NCBI GenBank assembly: GCA_041690595.1
Contig: JAWLHB010000003.1
Coordinates: 1 to 64,000, forward strand
DNA length: 64,000 bases
DNA from: Lentisphaeria bacterium
GTDB lineage: Bacteria; Verrucomicrobiota; Lentisphaeria; JABSQK01; JAWLHB01
Reading direction: 5' to 3'
The translations under genes were made by a program, and so were the position numbers. Shown here one piece after another: positions 1 to 11,255 of this stretch. The notes under the pieces were generated by a model, which was not told the DNA's origin, did not search any database, and worked only from the letters and a program-made list of their open reading frames with translations. Every line of letters begins with the position of its first letter. The first letter of the stretch is position 1.

Positions 1-14
1 CGCGGTGCAGCGTT

Positions 15-830
15 CCTGGGCACGCCACTCGCCTGAGTGGCTCCGGCGTTGGAGGTGGCCTGATGTCCGCGGTGGAGGAGAGATCTGAAACGTCCGCCAT
101 GGGAGTCGCCTCATCTGCTGGCGTTGAGGGCGGACGATACGGATGACACCGACACGTTGGGTGGGAGGCGACACGCAACCCGGTGCCACTCAGGCGAGTG
201 GCGTGCCCAGGATGGGCGAGTGATCGGCCGACGCGTGGGGGTGGAAGGCGACGCGCAACCCGAAGGCGCGGGCGGACGATTACGACGACGCCGACACGTG
301 GGGGTGGGAGGCGACGCGCAACACGGAGGCGCGGGCGGACGATTACGACGACGCCGACACGTGGGGGTGGGTGGCAGCACGCAACCCGGTGCCACTCAGG
401 TGAGTGGCGTGCCCAGGAGGAGCGAGTGATCAGCCGATACGTGGGGTGAAAGGCGACGTAAAACCCGGGGCTGCGGGCGGAAGATCCGAAAGTGCTGGCA
501 CATTGGGTAAGGCGACGCGCAACCTGGTGCCACTCAGGCGAGTGGCGTGCCCAGGGTTGGGCGAGCAGGCGGCCGACGCGTTGGGGTGGGAGACAACGCG
601 CAACCCGAAGGCGCGGGCGGACGATACGGATGACGCCGACACGTTGGGTGGGTGGCGACGCGCAACCCGGTGCCACTCAGGCGAGTGGCGTGCCCAGGAT
701 GGGCGAGCAGGCGGCCGACGCGTTGGGGGTGAGGCAACACGCAACCCGGTGCCACTCAGGCGAGTGGCGTGCCCAGGATGGAGAGCAGGCGGCCGACGCG
801 TGGGGGGCGAGTGGCGTGCCCAGGATGGCG
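15..830. repeat. REP/BIME-like composite repeat array built on the hairpin unit GGTGCCACTCAGGCGAGTGGCGTGCCCAGG
   Basis: Copies at 15-41 (inverted), 182-211, 388-417, 526-555, 669-698, 748-777, and a partial copy at ~806-824. The core GCCACTC-AGGC-GAGTGGC is a hairpin. The linkers (GCCGACRCGTKGGGGTGGGAGGCGACGCGCAACC-like) are themselves repeated. Confidence 0.85.
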
Positions 831-856
831 AGCAAGCGGCCTATCCGGCTTCGCGT

Positions 857-2932
<2,076 letters not shown>

Positions 2933-2963
2933 TCAGAACGGTAATGTGTGTCGCTCCGGCTCG

Positions 2964-3848
2964 CTATGCAAGCGCTGAGTGCCGGGAACGATAAGGAACG
3001 GGTAGCTGGTTCAGGCCGTCGGCGCGGCGATGATTCCAGACCCACAACAGCAACCGGTTGGTCTTCGCGTCCAGTTGCCATCCCACATGGTAGCGGAAGC
3101 AGAGCCGGCCGATCTCATCGAAGTGGCAGAGCCCCAGCAGGGTCCGATAGGCCGTGATATCGCCATTTTCCCGCGCCACATAGCGGGGGCCGTGCAGGAG
3201 GGGATGGCGGTTGAGAAAGCCGGCGGCCCATTCGTGCGGTGTCGATCCGGCAAGGAGTCGGTCCGCAAGTGAAAATTGCCAGATGAAGAGGCGCTGCAGG
3301 CGGGCTTGAAAGACCAGGAGTTTGCGACCCGCTTCGAGGGAGGATGTCCACAGACGGAAATCCGCCGGCAGGGTGACGCTCATGTCGTAGACGCACCATG
3401 GCACGAGAGGGCCCGTTTCCAGCCGAAGGGAGCGCGACAGTTGCCGAATGACCTGCTGCGGCGGCTCCGGGTCTTGCGGCGAAAAGTAGAGCCGCCAGAA
3501 GGTGTAGAAAGCCGGTAAACTCTGGAGATACCAGGCCACGATCAAACCGTGACCGTCCGCCGACCTGTAGAGGGTAGCGCGCCATCCGGAAGGCAGCCCC
3601 GTCAGTTCATGGCGTTCAGCCGCGCTGCCGAGGCCCCCTTCGCGCTTGGCGTAATCGGCTTCCACTCGCCCGCGGTCGAGCTTGCGTCCCGGGCGCATCC
3701 ATTCGAGGTGCGCACGGCGGCCGCCAATATCGTCGAGGACCATGGTGGTCACCCCCCGGCGAAATTCATACCCCGCGAAATCCCATCCGGCCGGCAGGCG
3801 AAAGCTGACGCCATCCCATGCCAGGCGTTGCTCGTCTGCCTTCGCCAT
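2964..3848 (-). CDS. hypothetical protein (294 aa)
   Basis: Long ORF with plausible composition, tightly packed between ligA and the upstream minus-strand gene. No family recognised. Confidence 0.7.
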   Translation of the reverse strand: MAKADEQRLAWDGVSFRLPAGWDFAGYEFRRGVTTMVLDDIGGRRAHLEWMRPGRKLDRGRVEADYAKREGGLGSAAERHELTGLPSGWRATLYRSADGHGLIVAWYLQSLPAFYTFWRLYFSPQDPEPPQQVIRQLSRSLRLETGPLVPWCVYDMSVTLPADFRLWTSSLEAGRKLLVFQARLQRLFIWQFSLADRLLAGSTPHEWAAGFLNRHPLLHGPRYVARENGDITAYRTLLGLCHFDEIGRLCFRYHVGWQLDAKTNRLLLWVWNHRRADGLNQLPVPYRSRHSALA

Positions 3849-3852
3849 GGTC

Positions 3853-4542
3853 TCACTGGATTCGATTGACGAGGTTGAAGAAACGATCTTCGTACTGCTC
3901 GAACAAGCCCCATTTGTGCAGCTTGTCGCCCAGCGCCTGCACGTGCGAACGATCCTTCATGGCGCGGCGAAAATCCTCTTCGATCTCGCGCTTGCGCCGC
4001 TGGGGTTCATTGATCGACTCTTCGCGGGCCCGCTGATTGAGGTCGCGGATGTTGGACGAGGCGGATTGCTCGATGTAGTCGACTATGAATTTGAGGAGGG
4101 AGACTTCCCACATCTCATCGGCGCCGACGATCACCGCGGAAAGGGGATCGTCATGCTCGCGCACCCGCTTGACGACGCGATCGGTCACGGTCTCGATGGT
4201 ATCGGAGACCACTTCCTGGGAGATTTCGTCCTTGCGAAAGTGGAGGCCATAGCGGAGGATACGCCCGATCTCGTTATGAGCGCGAAGCCAATCCGCGTAG
4301 TGGCGGGCTTTCTCGCCGAAACCCTCCAGCATCTGATCGGCAAAATGACTGGGCGTGATGATCTGGGGGCGCTCGGAGACGACCTTCCCCTCCCGGACGT
4401 TGATCTTGTCAACGACATCCATCTGTTCACTGATGAGGGTATAGCGCACCGTGGTGGCGCCGAACGTTTCCAGGGTTTGCGCAGGGGGCAGGACAACGCG
4501 GGTGACGTTGACCGCGTACCACATGTCTTCTTGTTTTCCCAT
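3853..4542 (-). CDS. hypothetical protein (229 aa, MGKQEDMWYAVNVTRVV...)
   Basis: The 3' part of ORF 3853..5796 is protein-like. The 5' part is an antisense shadow of the permease gene. In-frame ATG at 4542. Confidence 0.8.
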   Translation of the reverse strand: MGKQEDMWYAVNVTRVVLPPAQTLETFGATTVRYTLISEQMDVVDKINVREGKVVSERPQIITPSHFADQMLEGFGEKARHYADWLRAHNEIGRILRYGLHFRKDEISQEVVSDTIETVTDRVVKRVREHDDPLSAVIVGADEMWEVSLLKFIVDYIEQSASSNIRDLNQRAREESINEPQRRKREIEEDFRRAMKDRSHVQALGDKLHKWGLFEQYEDRFFNLVNRIQ

Positions 4543-4665
4543 CGCGGGTGTCTGTTTCCAATTCGCGGCTATATTTATGCGGGCGGACCTGGATGGGACC
4601 GCGCGCCATGCCCCTGCGGGCACGAGGGCGGAAAGGGTACTATAGACAGCTTTGTATGGATTTAA

Positions 4666-6090
4666 ATGGCTGACATCAAAGGTTACACGACACGCGCGCC
4701 AGCCGCGGAGGAGATACGGCGTGGGCGGGCGCCATGGCGAGAGGCGCTCTATCGCATCCTTCACAATCGGCTGGCCATGATCGGTCTGCTCCTGGTGCTG
4801 GTCGTCCTGCTGCCGGTGCTGCTGGCGCCATGGTTCACCCCGTACGACCCGAGCTATCAGCACTGGTGGATCGGCGCCCAGCCTCCCGGCTATGCCCATC
4901 CGCATGTACTGGGGGAAACCCGTCTGCGCATCGGTGAGATGCCAGGCGTGCCGGAGGCCGCGCGCGACGCTTCGCGGCTGACCATCCTGGCCCGGGAGGC
5001 CCGGCGCGACGAGTTCCGCATCGTGCTGCGGCGCAACCGGATCTCGCAACTGCAGCAGACTCGCGGCGCCCTGCATCTCGATGAACTCGACCTGAGCTCC
5101 GAGCGCTGGCTGGTGCGCGTTGTCCAGGTGAATCAGGAGAAGACGCCGCTGCACCTCGACGGCGAGGTGGTACTGCGCCTCGACCAGGCGGTGCCGGCCG
5201 CGCTGCGCGAGCTGGGCAGCCGCGTCATCATCCTGGAACGGCAGGAGCGCGCGGCGACCGACGAGGTGGTCTACGAGGCGGTGCTGGATGCGGGCCTGGT
5301 GACGGCGCTGAGCCGGGCAGGAGAGGCCATTCCCGAGGTCGTCATCCGGGCAACGGAGGTGGCCTCGATCGCCGCGGATGGAAAGCCCCTTACCGTCAGC
5401 CACCTGCTGGGCACGGATCAACTGGGGCGCGATGTGCTTGCGCGGGTCCTGTACGGTGGGCGCATATCGCTTCTGGTGGGGCTGGTGGGGACCTTGGTCA
5501 GCCTGATCATCGGGGTGGTCTACGGAGCGGTCTCCGGCTATGCGGGGGGGCGTACGGATCGGCTGATGATGTCGGGCGTGGATATTCTGTATGCGGTTCC
5601 CTTCATGTTTCTGGTGATCATCCTGATGGTCTACTTCAACACCAGTATCCTGATGCTCTTCGTGGCGCTGGGGGCGGTGCAGTGGCTGACCATGGCGCGC
5701 ATCGTTCGGGGGCAGATGCTCTCGCTGAAAGAGAAGGAGTATGTGCAGGCGGCGCGCATGGCGGGGGCGCGACCGCACACGATCATTTTCCGCCATCTGG
5801 TCCCCAACACCCTGGGGCCGGTCATCGTCTATACGACCCTGACAGTGCCGATCGTGATCCTGCAGGAGAGCTTTCTGGCCTTCATCGGTCTCTCGGTCAC
5901 CTTCCAGGGTCGGGCGCTGGATTCATGGGGAGCCCTGGTACACCAGGGGATGCAGTTCATGCAGAGCGACGGCAGTCACAACTGGCTCCTTCTCGCCCCA
6001 TCCGCCGCCATGGTGATGGCCCTGCTGGGCATGAACTGCCTGGGAGACGGACTGCGTGATGTTCTGGATCCCCGCCTGGATTCCAAATGA
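4666..6090 (+). CDS. peptide/nickel-type ABC transporter permease (OppC/DppC family) with a large extracytoplasmic insertion
   Basis: N-terminal TM and PYDP, LLGTDQLGRD, GGRISL, EAA loop (EYVQAARMAG), RHLVPN, C-terminal GDGLRDVLDP. Confidence 0.92.
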   Translation: MADIKGYTTRAPAAEEIRRGRAPWREALYRILHNRLAMIGLLLVLVVLLPVLLAPWFTPYDPSYQHWWIGAQPPGYAHPHVLGETRLRIGEMPGVPEAARDASRLTILAREARRDEFRIVLRRNRISQLQQTRGALHLDELDLSSERWLVRVVQVNQEKTPLHLDGEVVLRLDQAVPAALRELGSRVIILERQERAATDEVVYEAVLDAGLVTALSRAGEAIPEVVIRATEVASIAADGKPLTVSHLLGTDQLGRDVLARVLYGGRISLLVGLVGTLVSLIIGVVYGAVSGYAGGRTDRLMMSGVDILYAVPFMFLVIILMVYFNTSILMLFVALGAVQWLTMARIVRGQMLSLKEKEYVQAARMAGARPHTIIFRHLVPNTLGPVIVYTTLTVPIVILQESFLAFIGLSVTFQGRALDSWGALVHQGMQFMQSDGSHNWLLLAPSAAMVMALLGMNCLGDGLRDVLDPRLDSK

Positions 6091-6172
6091 TATTTTCACC
6101 TTTGTTGTTGTTGTTCCACCTTTTGCCGATAGACTAAGAGGATACGGATCAAACAACCCGCAGGCGAGCCGC

Positions 6173-7774
6173 ATGAACCGGATTCTTCTTGTCGAGGATG
6201 ACAATGACTTTGCCGCGATGATCGCGGAGGTGGTCAGCATACCGTTGGCCACGCATCAGCCTTTTACCGTTGATCGCGTCGCCAATGTGGGCGAGGCGCT
6301 GACCTGGCTGGGATCACATCGGCCGTCGCTGGTCCTGCTCGACCTCACCCTGCCGGACTGCAACGGCATGGTGGCCTTCCACCGCATCTTCGTCGAGGCG
6401 ACCGATATACCGGTGGTGATCCTGACCGGCGTGGACGATGAGGAATTGGCCCTGGCGATGCTGCAGGCGGGTGCCCAGGATTACCTGGTCAAGTCACGGG
6501 TGGATATTCTGACCATTCACCGCAGTCTCCGCTATGCGATGGAGCGACACCGCCTGCGGCATGAACTGACCGTGCAGACGTCCCGGATCAAGGCTCGCGA
6601 GCAGAACCTGCGGCAGTTGATCGGCCGCTATCATGACGGGATGATCGTCACCGATATCAAGCACCGCACGCTCTTCGCGAATCCCGCTGCCGAAGCGATG
6701 CTGGGCAAGTCGATGAAAGAGCTTCTCGGGCTCTGTATCGACGATCTCCCGGAGCCGGGCGCGACGTCGGAGCTGGGCATCATCTGCGAAGAAGGTCAGC
6801 CGGGACTGGCCTCGGTGCGCTGCCTGACAACGGAATGGCAGGGGGTCTCGGCGCTGCTCTATTCCCTGCAGGACATCACCCTGCTCAAACAGGCCGAGAT
6901 GGAGCTGCGCAAGTCGGCGGACGAGCTTGAGTTGCGGGTAGCGGCGCGCACCGCCGAGCTCGCCTCCACCAACGAAGCCCTGCAACGCGAAGTGGGGGAA
7001 CGGCGGCGCGTCGAAGACGAACTGCGGCACGCGGTGGACAACCTCGCCCGCAGCAACATCGAGCTGGAGCGCTTTGCCTATATCGCCTCCCATGACCTGC
7101 GGGAGCCGTTGCGCCTGATCATCAACTATTGCGACCTGCTGCGCCGCCGCTGCGCCGGTTCCCTGGATGACAACGCGCGACTCTACATCCAATTCGCGAT
7201 CGAAGGCGCGAACCGCCTCTACGACATGATCAACAGTCTGCTCGACTATTCCCGGCTGAATGTACGCACAGGACAATTCGCGCTCTTCGACAGCGACAAG
7301 GTGCTGAGGAATGTGGTGGAAGAGCTGCGCATCGGCATCGAGGAAAGCAATGCCCGCATCAGCTGGGGAAAACTGCCCATGATCTATGGCAATGCGACCT
7401 TGCTGATGCAGGTCTTTCAGAACCTGATTGGCAACGCCATCAAGTTTCGCGGCGCGGAGGCTCCATGCATTGACATCACCGCCGAGCACTGCGACACGTG
7501 CTGGCGATTCCGGGTCCGTGACAATGGCATCGGCATGCCCGCGAACCAGACGGAACGCGTCTTCCAGATCTTTCATCGGCTGCACCGGTCGAACCAGTAT
7601 CCGGGCTCAGGCATCGGCCTCGCCATCTGCAAGAAGATCGTGCAGCACCATGGCGGGCGCATCTGGGTGGAGAGCGAGCCTGAACAAGGAGCATCCTTCT
7701 TTTTCACCGTGCTGGACAAGGATGCCTATCCGGTCGAATCGAACGACGAACAGCACCTTCAGCTGACTTCCTGA
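6173..7774 (+). CDS. hybrid signalling protein: receiver + PAS + HisKA/HATPase_c histidine kinase
   Basis: ILLVEDD...LLDLTLPD...GAQDYLVK receiver; ASHDLREP H-box; NLIGNAIKF, DNGIG, GSGIGLA. Start chosen at MNRILL (6173). Confidence 0.93.
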   Translation: MNRILLVEDDNDFAAMIAEVVSIPLATHQPFTVDRVANVGEALTWLGSHRPSLVLLDLTLPDCNGMVAFHRIFVEATDIPVVILTGVDDEELALAMLQAGAQDYLVKSRVDILTIHRSLRYAMERHRLRHELTVQTSRIKAREQNLRQLIGRYHDGMIVTDIKHRTLFANPAAEAMLGKSMKELLGLCIDDLPEPGATSELGIICEEGQPGLASVRCLTTEWQGVSALLYSLQDITLLKQAEMELRKSADELELRVAARTAELASTNEALQREVGERRRVEDELRHAVDNLARSNIELERFAYIASHDLREPLRLIINYCDLLRRRCAGSLDDNARLYIQFAIEGANRLYDMINSLLDYSRLNVRTGQFALFDSDKVLRNVVEELRIGIEESNARISWGKLPMIYGNATLLMQVFQNLIGNAIKFRGAEAPCIDITAEHCDTCWRFRVRDNGIGMPANQTERVFQIFHRLHRSNQYPGSGIGLAICKKIVQHHGGRIWVESEPEQGASFFFTVLDKDAYPVESNDEQHLQLTS

Positions 7775-7893
7775 AGGCCCTAAGCTTCGCGGCGGATTTG
7801 CAGTTCAACGCAGGCGTGTATATTACCTCCTTGCGACATCAGTCCATTCCATGCGCCGGAATTGCGGCGACCGGTCACGATGAGGAAGAATCC

Positions 7894-9159
7894 ATGCGAT
7901 TACAATGTCCGAAGTGCAACGTGGTCAACAGCATCGAGGCGGGAGACTATGGATCTTCCTCGATCTGCGGCAATTGCGGTCAAGTCAATGAAGTGCCCGA
8001 GAAGGTCACCTCCCCATGGGTGGTCTTTCATGACCATGCGCTGCGCAAGGTGCTTCGTCGCGGTTCGGACGGGGTGGAAGTGCACGCGCAGCAACTCTCG
8101 CTCGATCGGCCGGTCGTGCTGAAGATCCTGACGGAAGATCTGAGTGAAAACGCGGAGTATGTGAGCCTCTTCGTCAAGCGCGCGCGCATGGCGGCCAAGC
8201 TGAACCATCCGAACCTGACGACGCTCTATCTGGTGGCGAAGGAGTACGGCCTGTATTTCGTCGTGCGCGAGGCGACGGAGATCCAGAACCTGCGCGACAT
8301 CCTCAGCCGCCAGGGGCGACTCGATGTGCACAGCGCCGTCTCGATCTTTCAGCAGATTGCGGATGGCCTCGACTACGCCTGGCGCTCGAGCAAGCTGCTG
8401 CACGGCAATCTCAAACCCGCCTACATCACCCTTACCGATTATGGCGTCACCAAGCTGGCGGACGTGGGGCTGGCCAACATCGACCTGGGGGACGAGCCGG
8501 ACAAGATCAAGGGGACGCCCCAATACATCTCGCCGGAGCAGATCCTGGGCGAGCGGATGGACACGCGCAGCGACATCTACAGCCTCGGCTGTAATCTCTA
8601 TCAGTGCCTCACCGGCACCTATCCCTTTGTGGGTGATTCCACGATCGACATTTTCCAGCAACATCTCCAGGCGCCCTTGCGCTCCCCCCGCGAACTCGAC
8701 CCCTCCCTGCCGGAAACGGTCTGTAAAGTGATCGCCAAGATGCTGGCCAAGAATGCCGACGATCGCTACGCCGACAGCTCCGAGCTTTCCCAGGATCTGA
8801 TGCTGGTTGCCCAGGGAAACGAACCACGCTATGCCCTGAGCGACGGGGGTGTAGAGTTCTCCAGCGACGAGGACGACGACCGGGACGCCATGCCGATCGC
8901 CAGTGCGGTCGAGTATGAGGACGAGGACGAGTATGACGACGAGGACGAGGAGATGCCCATCGCCGTCGCCGAAGAAGAAGACGAGGACGAGGACGAGGAC
9001 GAGGAAGATGAGGATGGGGAGGCGGAAGAGGAGGAGAGCGACGAGCCCGAGAAGACTATGATCGCCCCCCGCAAGATGATCAAGAAAAAGACCAAACTGA
9101 AGCTGAATCCCGAAGCCAAGAAGAAGTTCGGGCTGAAGCGGGGCTTCAAGAAAAAATAG
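7894..9159 (+). CDS. Hanks-type Ser/Thr kinase-like protein (probable pseudokinase) with N-terminal zinc ribbon and acidic/basic tail
   Basis: CPKC...CGNC, VLKIL, LNHPN, HGNLKP, DVG, GTPQYISPEQ, DIYSLG; D/E-rich tail followed by a Lys-rich end. Confidence 0.88.
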   Translation: MRLQCPKCNVVNSIEAGDYGSSSICGNCGQVNEVPEKVTSPWVVFHDHALRKVLRRGSDGVEVHAQQLSLDRPVVLKILTEDLSENAEYVSLFVKRARMAAKLNHPNLTTLYLVAKEYGLYFVVREATEIQNLRDILSRQGRLDVHSAVSIFQQIADGLDYAWRSSKLLHGNLKPAYITLTDYGVTKLADVGLANIDLGDEPDKIKGTPQYISPEQILGERMDTRSDIYSLGCNLYQCLTGTYPFVGDSTIDIFQQHLQAPLRSPRELDPSLPETVCKVIAKMLAKNADDRYADSSELSQDLMLVAQGNEPRYALSDGGVEFSSDEDDDRDAMPIASAVEYEDEDEYDDEDEEMPIAVAEEEDEDEDEDEEDEDGEAEEEESDEPEKTMIAPRKMIKKKTKLKLNPEAKKKFGLKRGFKKK

Positions 9160-9190
9160 TTACTGCCTGCCGGAAGGGGGCGGAAAAGGA

Positions 9191-10093
9191 ATGCCGGATA
9201 TGGAGACGATGACGGTCGGTTCGCACGAGTCGTGCATGGTAATGGAAAGTGGCGATTTCCGCCTTGCGGTGACGACCAAGGTGGGGCCACGCGTGATTGG
9301 CGGCTGGATCGGAGATAGCGACAACATCTTCGTGGTCCTGCCCCCCCTGCCCATGGACGGCATCGACACCGGCTTCGTCCTCTACGGTGGCCATCGCCTC
9401 TGGCATGCGCCGGAAGCGGCGCCGCGCACCTACGCTCCGGACAACAATCCGGTTGAGGTACGCAAGCTCAGCGGCGGCGCGATCGAGTTCAGCAGCGGCA
9501 TCGAGGCCGAGAACCGCATCGAGAAGTCCATCGCGATCAAGCCTCTGGGCAATGCCCGCTTCGAGTTGACGCACACGCTCACCAATCGCAATCCGTGGAG
9601 CGTGCGGCTGGCCCCTTGGGCACTCTCGCAGATGACGCCGGGAGGCTGCGCGGTGATACCGCAGAGTCGACGCCTCAAGGCTTCCCCCTATGCCGTGGAG
9701 CGTTCACTCCACCTGTGGCCCTACAGCAACCTGGCCGACCCGCGCCTGATCTTCACCGACAACTACATTCTGCTGCGCCAGGATCCGTCGATCGACCATG
9801 CCTTCAAGCTCGGCTACGGCTGTCGCGATGGCTGGATCGCCTACGCCGTCGGTGGCGTCGCCCTCGTCAAGCACATCGAGTACGATCCCAGTTCCACCTA
9901 TCCGGACTTTGGCTGCAACGTCGAAAGCTACAGTTGCGGCGCCTTCCTCGAGATCGAGACCCTCGGCCGATTGGTGGAGCTGGAGCCCGACGCTGACATC
10001 AAGCATGTCGAGATCTGGAGCGCCATCTCCAATGTCGGCGAGATCCTGGATGAAGATACCGTCACCACCCAGCTGGTCGACCAGCTTCGCTGA
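9191..10093 (+). CDS. hypothetical protein, probable galactose-mutarotase-like beta-sandwich (DUF4380-like)
   Basis: GPRVI, YGGHRLWHAPE, YPDFGCNVE and LEIETLG motifs. Family assigned from memory. Confidence 0.65.
   Translation: MPDMETMTVGSHESCMVMESGDFRLAVTTKVGPRVIGGWIGDSDNIFVVLPPLPMDGIDTGFVLYGGHRLWHAPEAAPRTYAPDNNPVEVRKLSGGAIEFSSGIEAENRIEKSIAIKPLGNARFELTHTLTNRNPWSVRLAPWALSQMTPGGCAVIPQSRRLKASPYAVERSLHLWPYSNLADPRLIFTDNYILLRQDPSIDHAFKLGYGCRDGWIAYAVGGVALVKHIEYDPSSTYPDFGCNVESYSCGAFLEIETLGRLVELEPDADIKHVEIWSAISNVGEILDEDTVTTQLVDQLR
10060..10088 (+). repeat. left copy of 29-bp direct repeat (att-like), at the 3' end of gene 9191..10093
   Basis: CGTCACCACCCAGCTGGTCGACCAGCTTC matches 13126-13154 at 28/29 positions. 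Confidence 0.8.
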
Positions 10094-10192
10094 GACCTGG
10101 CAGTGGCGCGGCGGAGACAATTCGCCCACGAGGCCGCCTGGTCGGATTCGTCGACGGGGGTCGGGGCCACCGGAAAATCTTGTCGGAACGGA

Positions 10193-10221
10193 TTGACGCG
10201 CCAATGTGGTTAGCCTATATT
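10193..10221 (+). promoter_or_regulatory. sigma70-type promoter upstream of the small RNA and abi gene
   Basis: TTGACG (10193-10198), 17-bp spacer, TATATT (10216-10221). Confidence 0.75.
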
Positions 10222-10227
10222 AATCCC

Positions 10228-10284
10228 AGCACACCCGCCGGGCCTCTGCCGCAAGGCACGCTCACTTCGGCGGGTTTTCTTTTT
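10228..10284 (+). ncRNA. candidate abiF-type small structured RNA (RNA antitoxin or leader) ending in a U-tract
   Basis: Outer stem ACCCGCCG (10233-10240) pairs with CGGCGGGT (10268-10275). Inner hairpin TGCC-GCAA-GGCA has a GNRA loop. TTTTCTTTTT follows. Lies between the promoter and the Abi_2 gene. Confidence 0.65.
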
Positions 10285-10310
10285 CCCCGCCCAGCCAACG
10301 GGGGTGGCGC

Positions 10311-11255
10311 ATGAAGTACACCAAGCCGCCCCTGACCTTCGAGCAGCAGGCCGATCAACTCATCCAGCGGGGCATGATCGGTGACCGGGACTTGATGGTC
10401 TCCCGGCTCCAAGCGGTAAGCTACTACCGCCTCAGCGGCTACTGGTATCCCCTCCGCCAACTGGCACCAGGCGGTGCCGGCCAACTCCTCGACGACTTCA
10501 GGCCGGACACCACATTCGATACGGTTTGGGGGCGCTATGCGTTCGACCGCCGCCTGCGTTTGCTGGTGCTCGATGCCATCGAGCGCATCGAGATTGCCGT
10601 TCGCTCTCAGATTGCCTACGACCACGCTCATCTGTACGGCCCGTTCGCCTACGCCACCGATCCCGCGTCCCTGCCAGCCTGCCAGACCTATCACCGTAAC
10701 AAGCTGCTGGAGACGGTTCGCACCGAGACCCGGCGCAGCAAGGACGCCTTTGTCAAGCATTTCAAGTCAAAGTACGGCGACGAGCACACCGACCTCCCCG
10801 TATGGATGGCCGTCGAGATCATGCCGTTCGGCTCGGTTCTCACCCTCTACAGGGGGTCGCCGCCCGACCTTCGCCGCGACCTTGCCAGGCCGTTCGATGT
10901 GCATGACTCCGTGTTCGATTCCTGGCTGCTGGCCCTGAACACCGTTCGCAATATCTGCGCGCACCACGGACGGCTCTGGAATCGCGAGCTGGGCACGAAA
11001 CCGAAGATCCCCACCAAAGACCCGGCCTGGCACAAACCACTCAAGGTGGAAGGTCACCGGATATTCGGCGTTCTCACCCTCTGCAGATGGTGTCTCGACC
11101 GGATCGCGCCACAGAGCGGCTGGACCAACCGCCTCGTCGCCCTCTTGGATGAGTTCCCCGATGTTCCTCAAGGGAGCATGGGATTCCCCGACAACTGGCG
11201 GGACTGCCCTATCTGGAATGGATCTCCCGGCGCTTCGAAAGGGGGCAAGTCATGA
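10311..11255 (+). CDS. Abi family protein (Abi_2 / AbiD-AbiF-like HEPN RNase)
   Basis: KPPLTFEQQ...L..RG, VSYYRLSGY, YAFDRRLR, IERIEIAVR, PVWMAVE, HEPN RX4H motif RNICAH followed by GRLWN. Confidence 0.92.
   Translation: MKYTKPPLTFEQQADQLIQRGMIGDRDLMVSRLQAVSYYRLSGYWYPLRQLAPGGAGQLLDDFRPDTTFDTVWGRYAFDRRLRLLVLDAIERIEIAVRSQIAYDHAHLYGPFAYATDPASLPACQTYHRNKLLETVRTETRRSKDAFVKHFKSKYGDEHTDLPVWMAVEIMPFGSVLTLYRGSPPDLRRDLARPFDVHDSVFDSWLLALNTVRNICAHHGRLWNRELGTKPKIPTKDPAWHKPLKVEGHRIFGVLTLCRWCLDRIAPQSGWTNRLVALLDEFPDVPQGSMGFPDNWRDCPIWNGSPGASKGGKS

Noticed and set aside
15..830. CRISPR array
   Set aside because: The intervening sequences are repeats of each other and vary widely in length, one unit is inverted, copies are dispersed, and there are no cas genes in the window.
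8865..9050. GAG/GAC microsatellite
   Set aside because: It encodes the acidic tail of the kinase-like protein and is not an independent DNA repeat.
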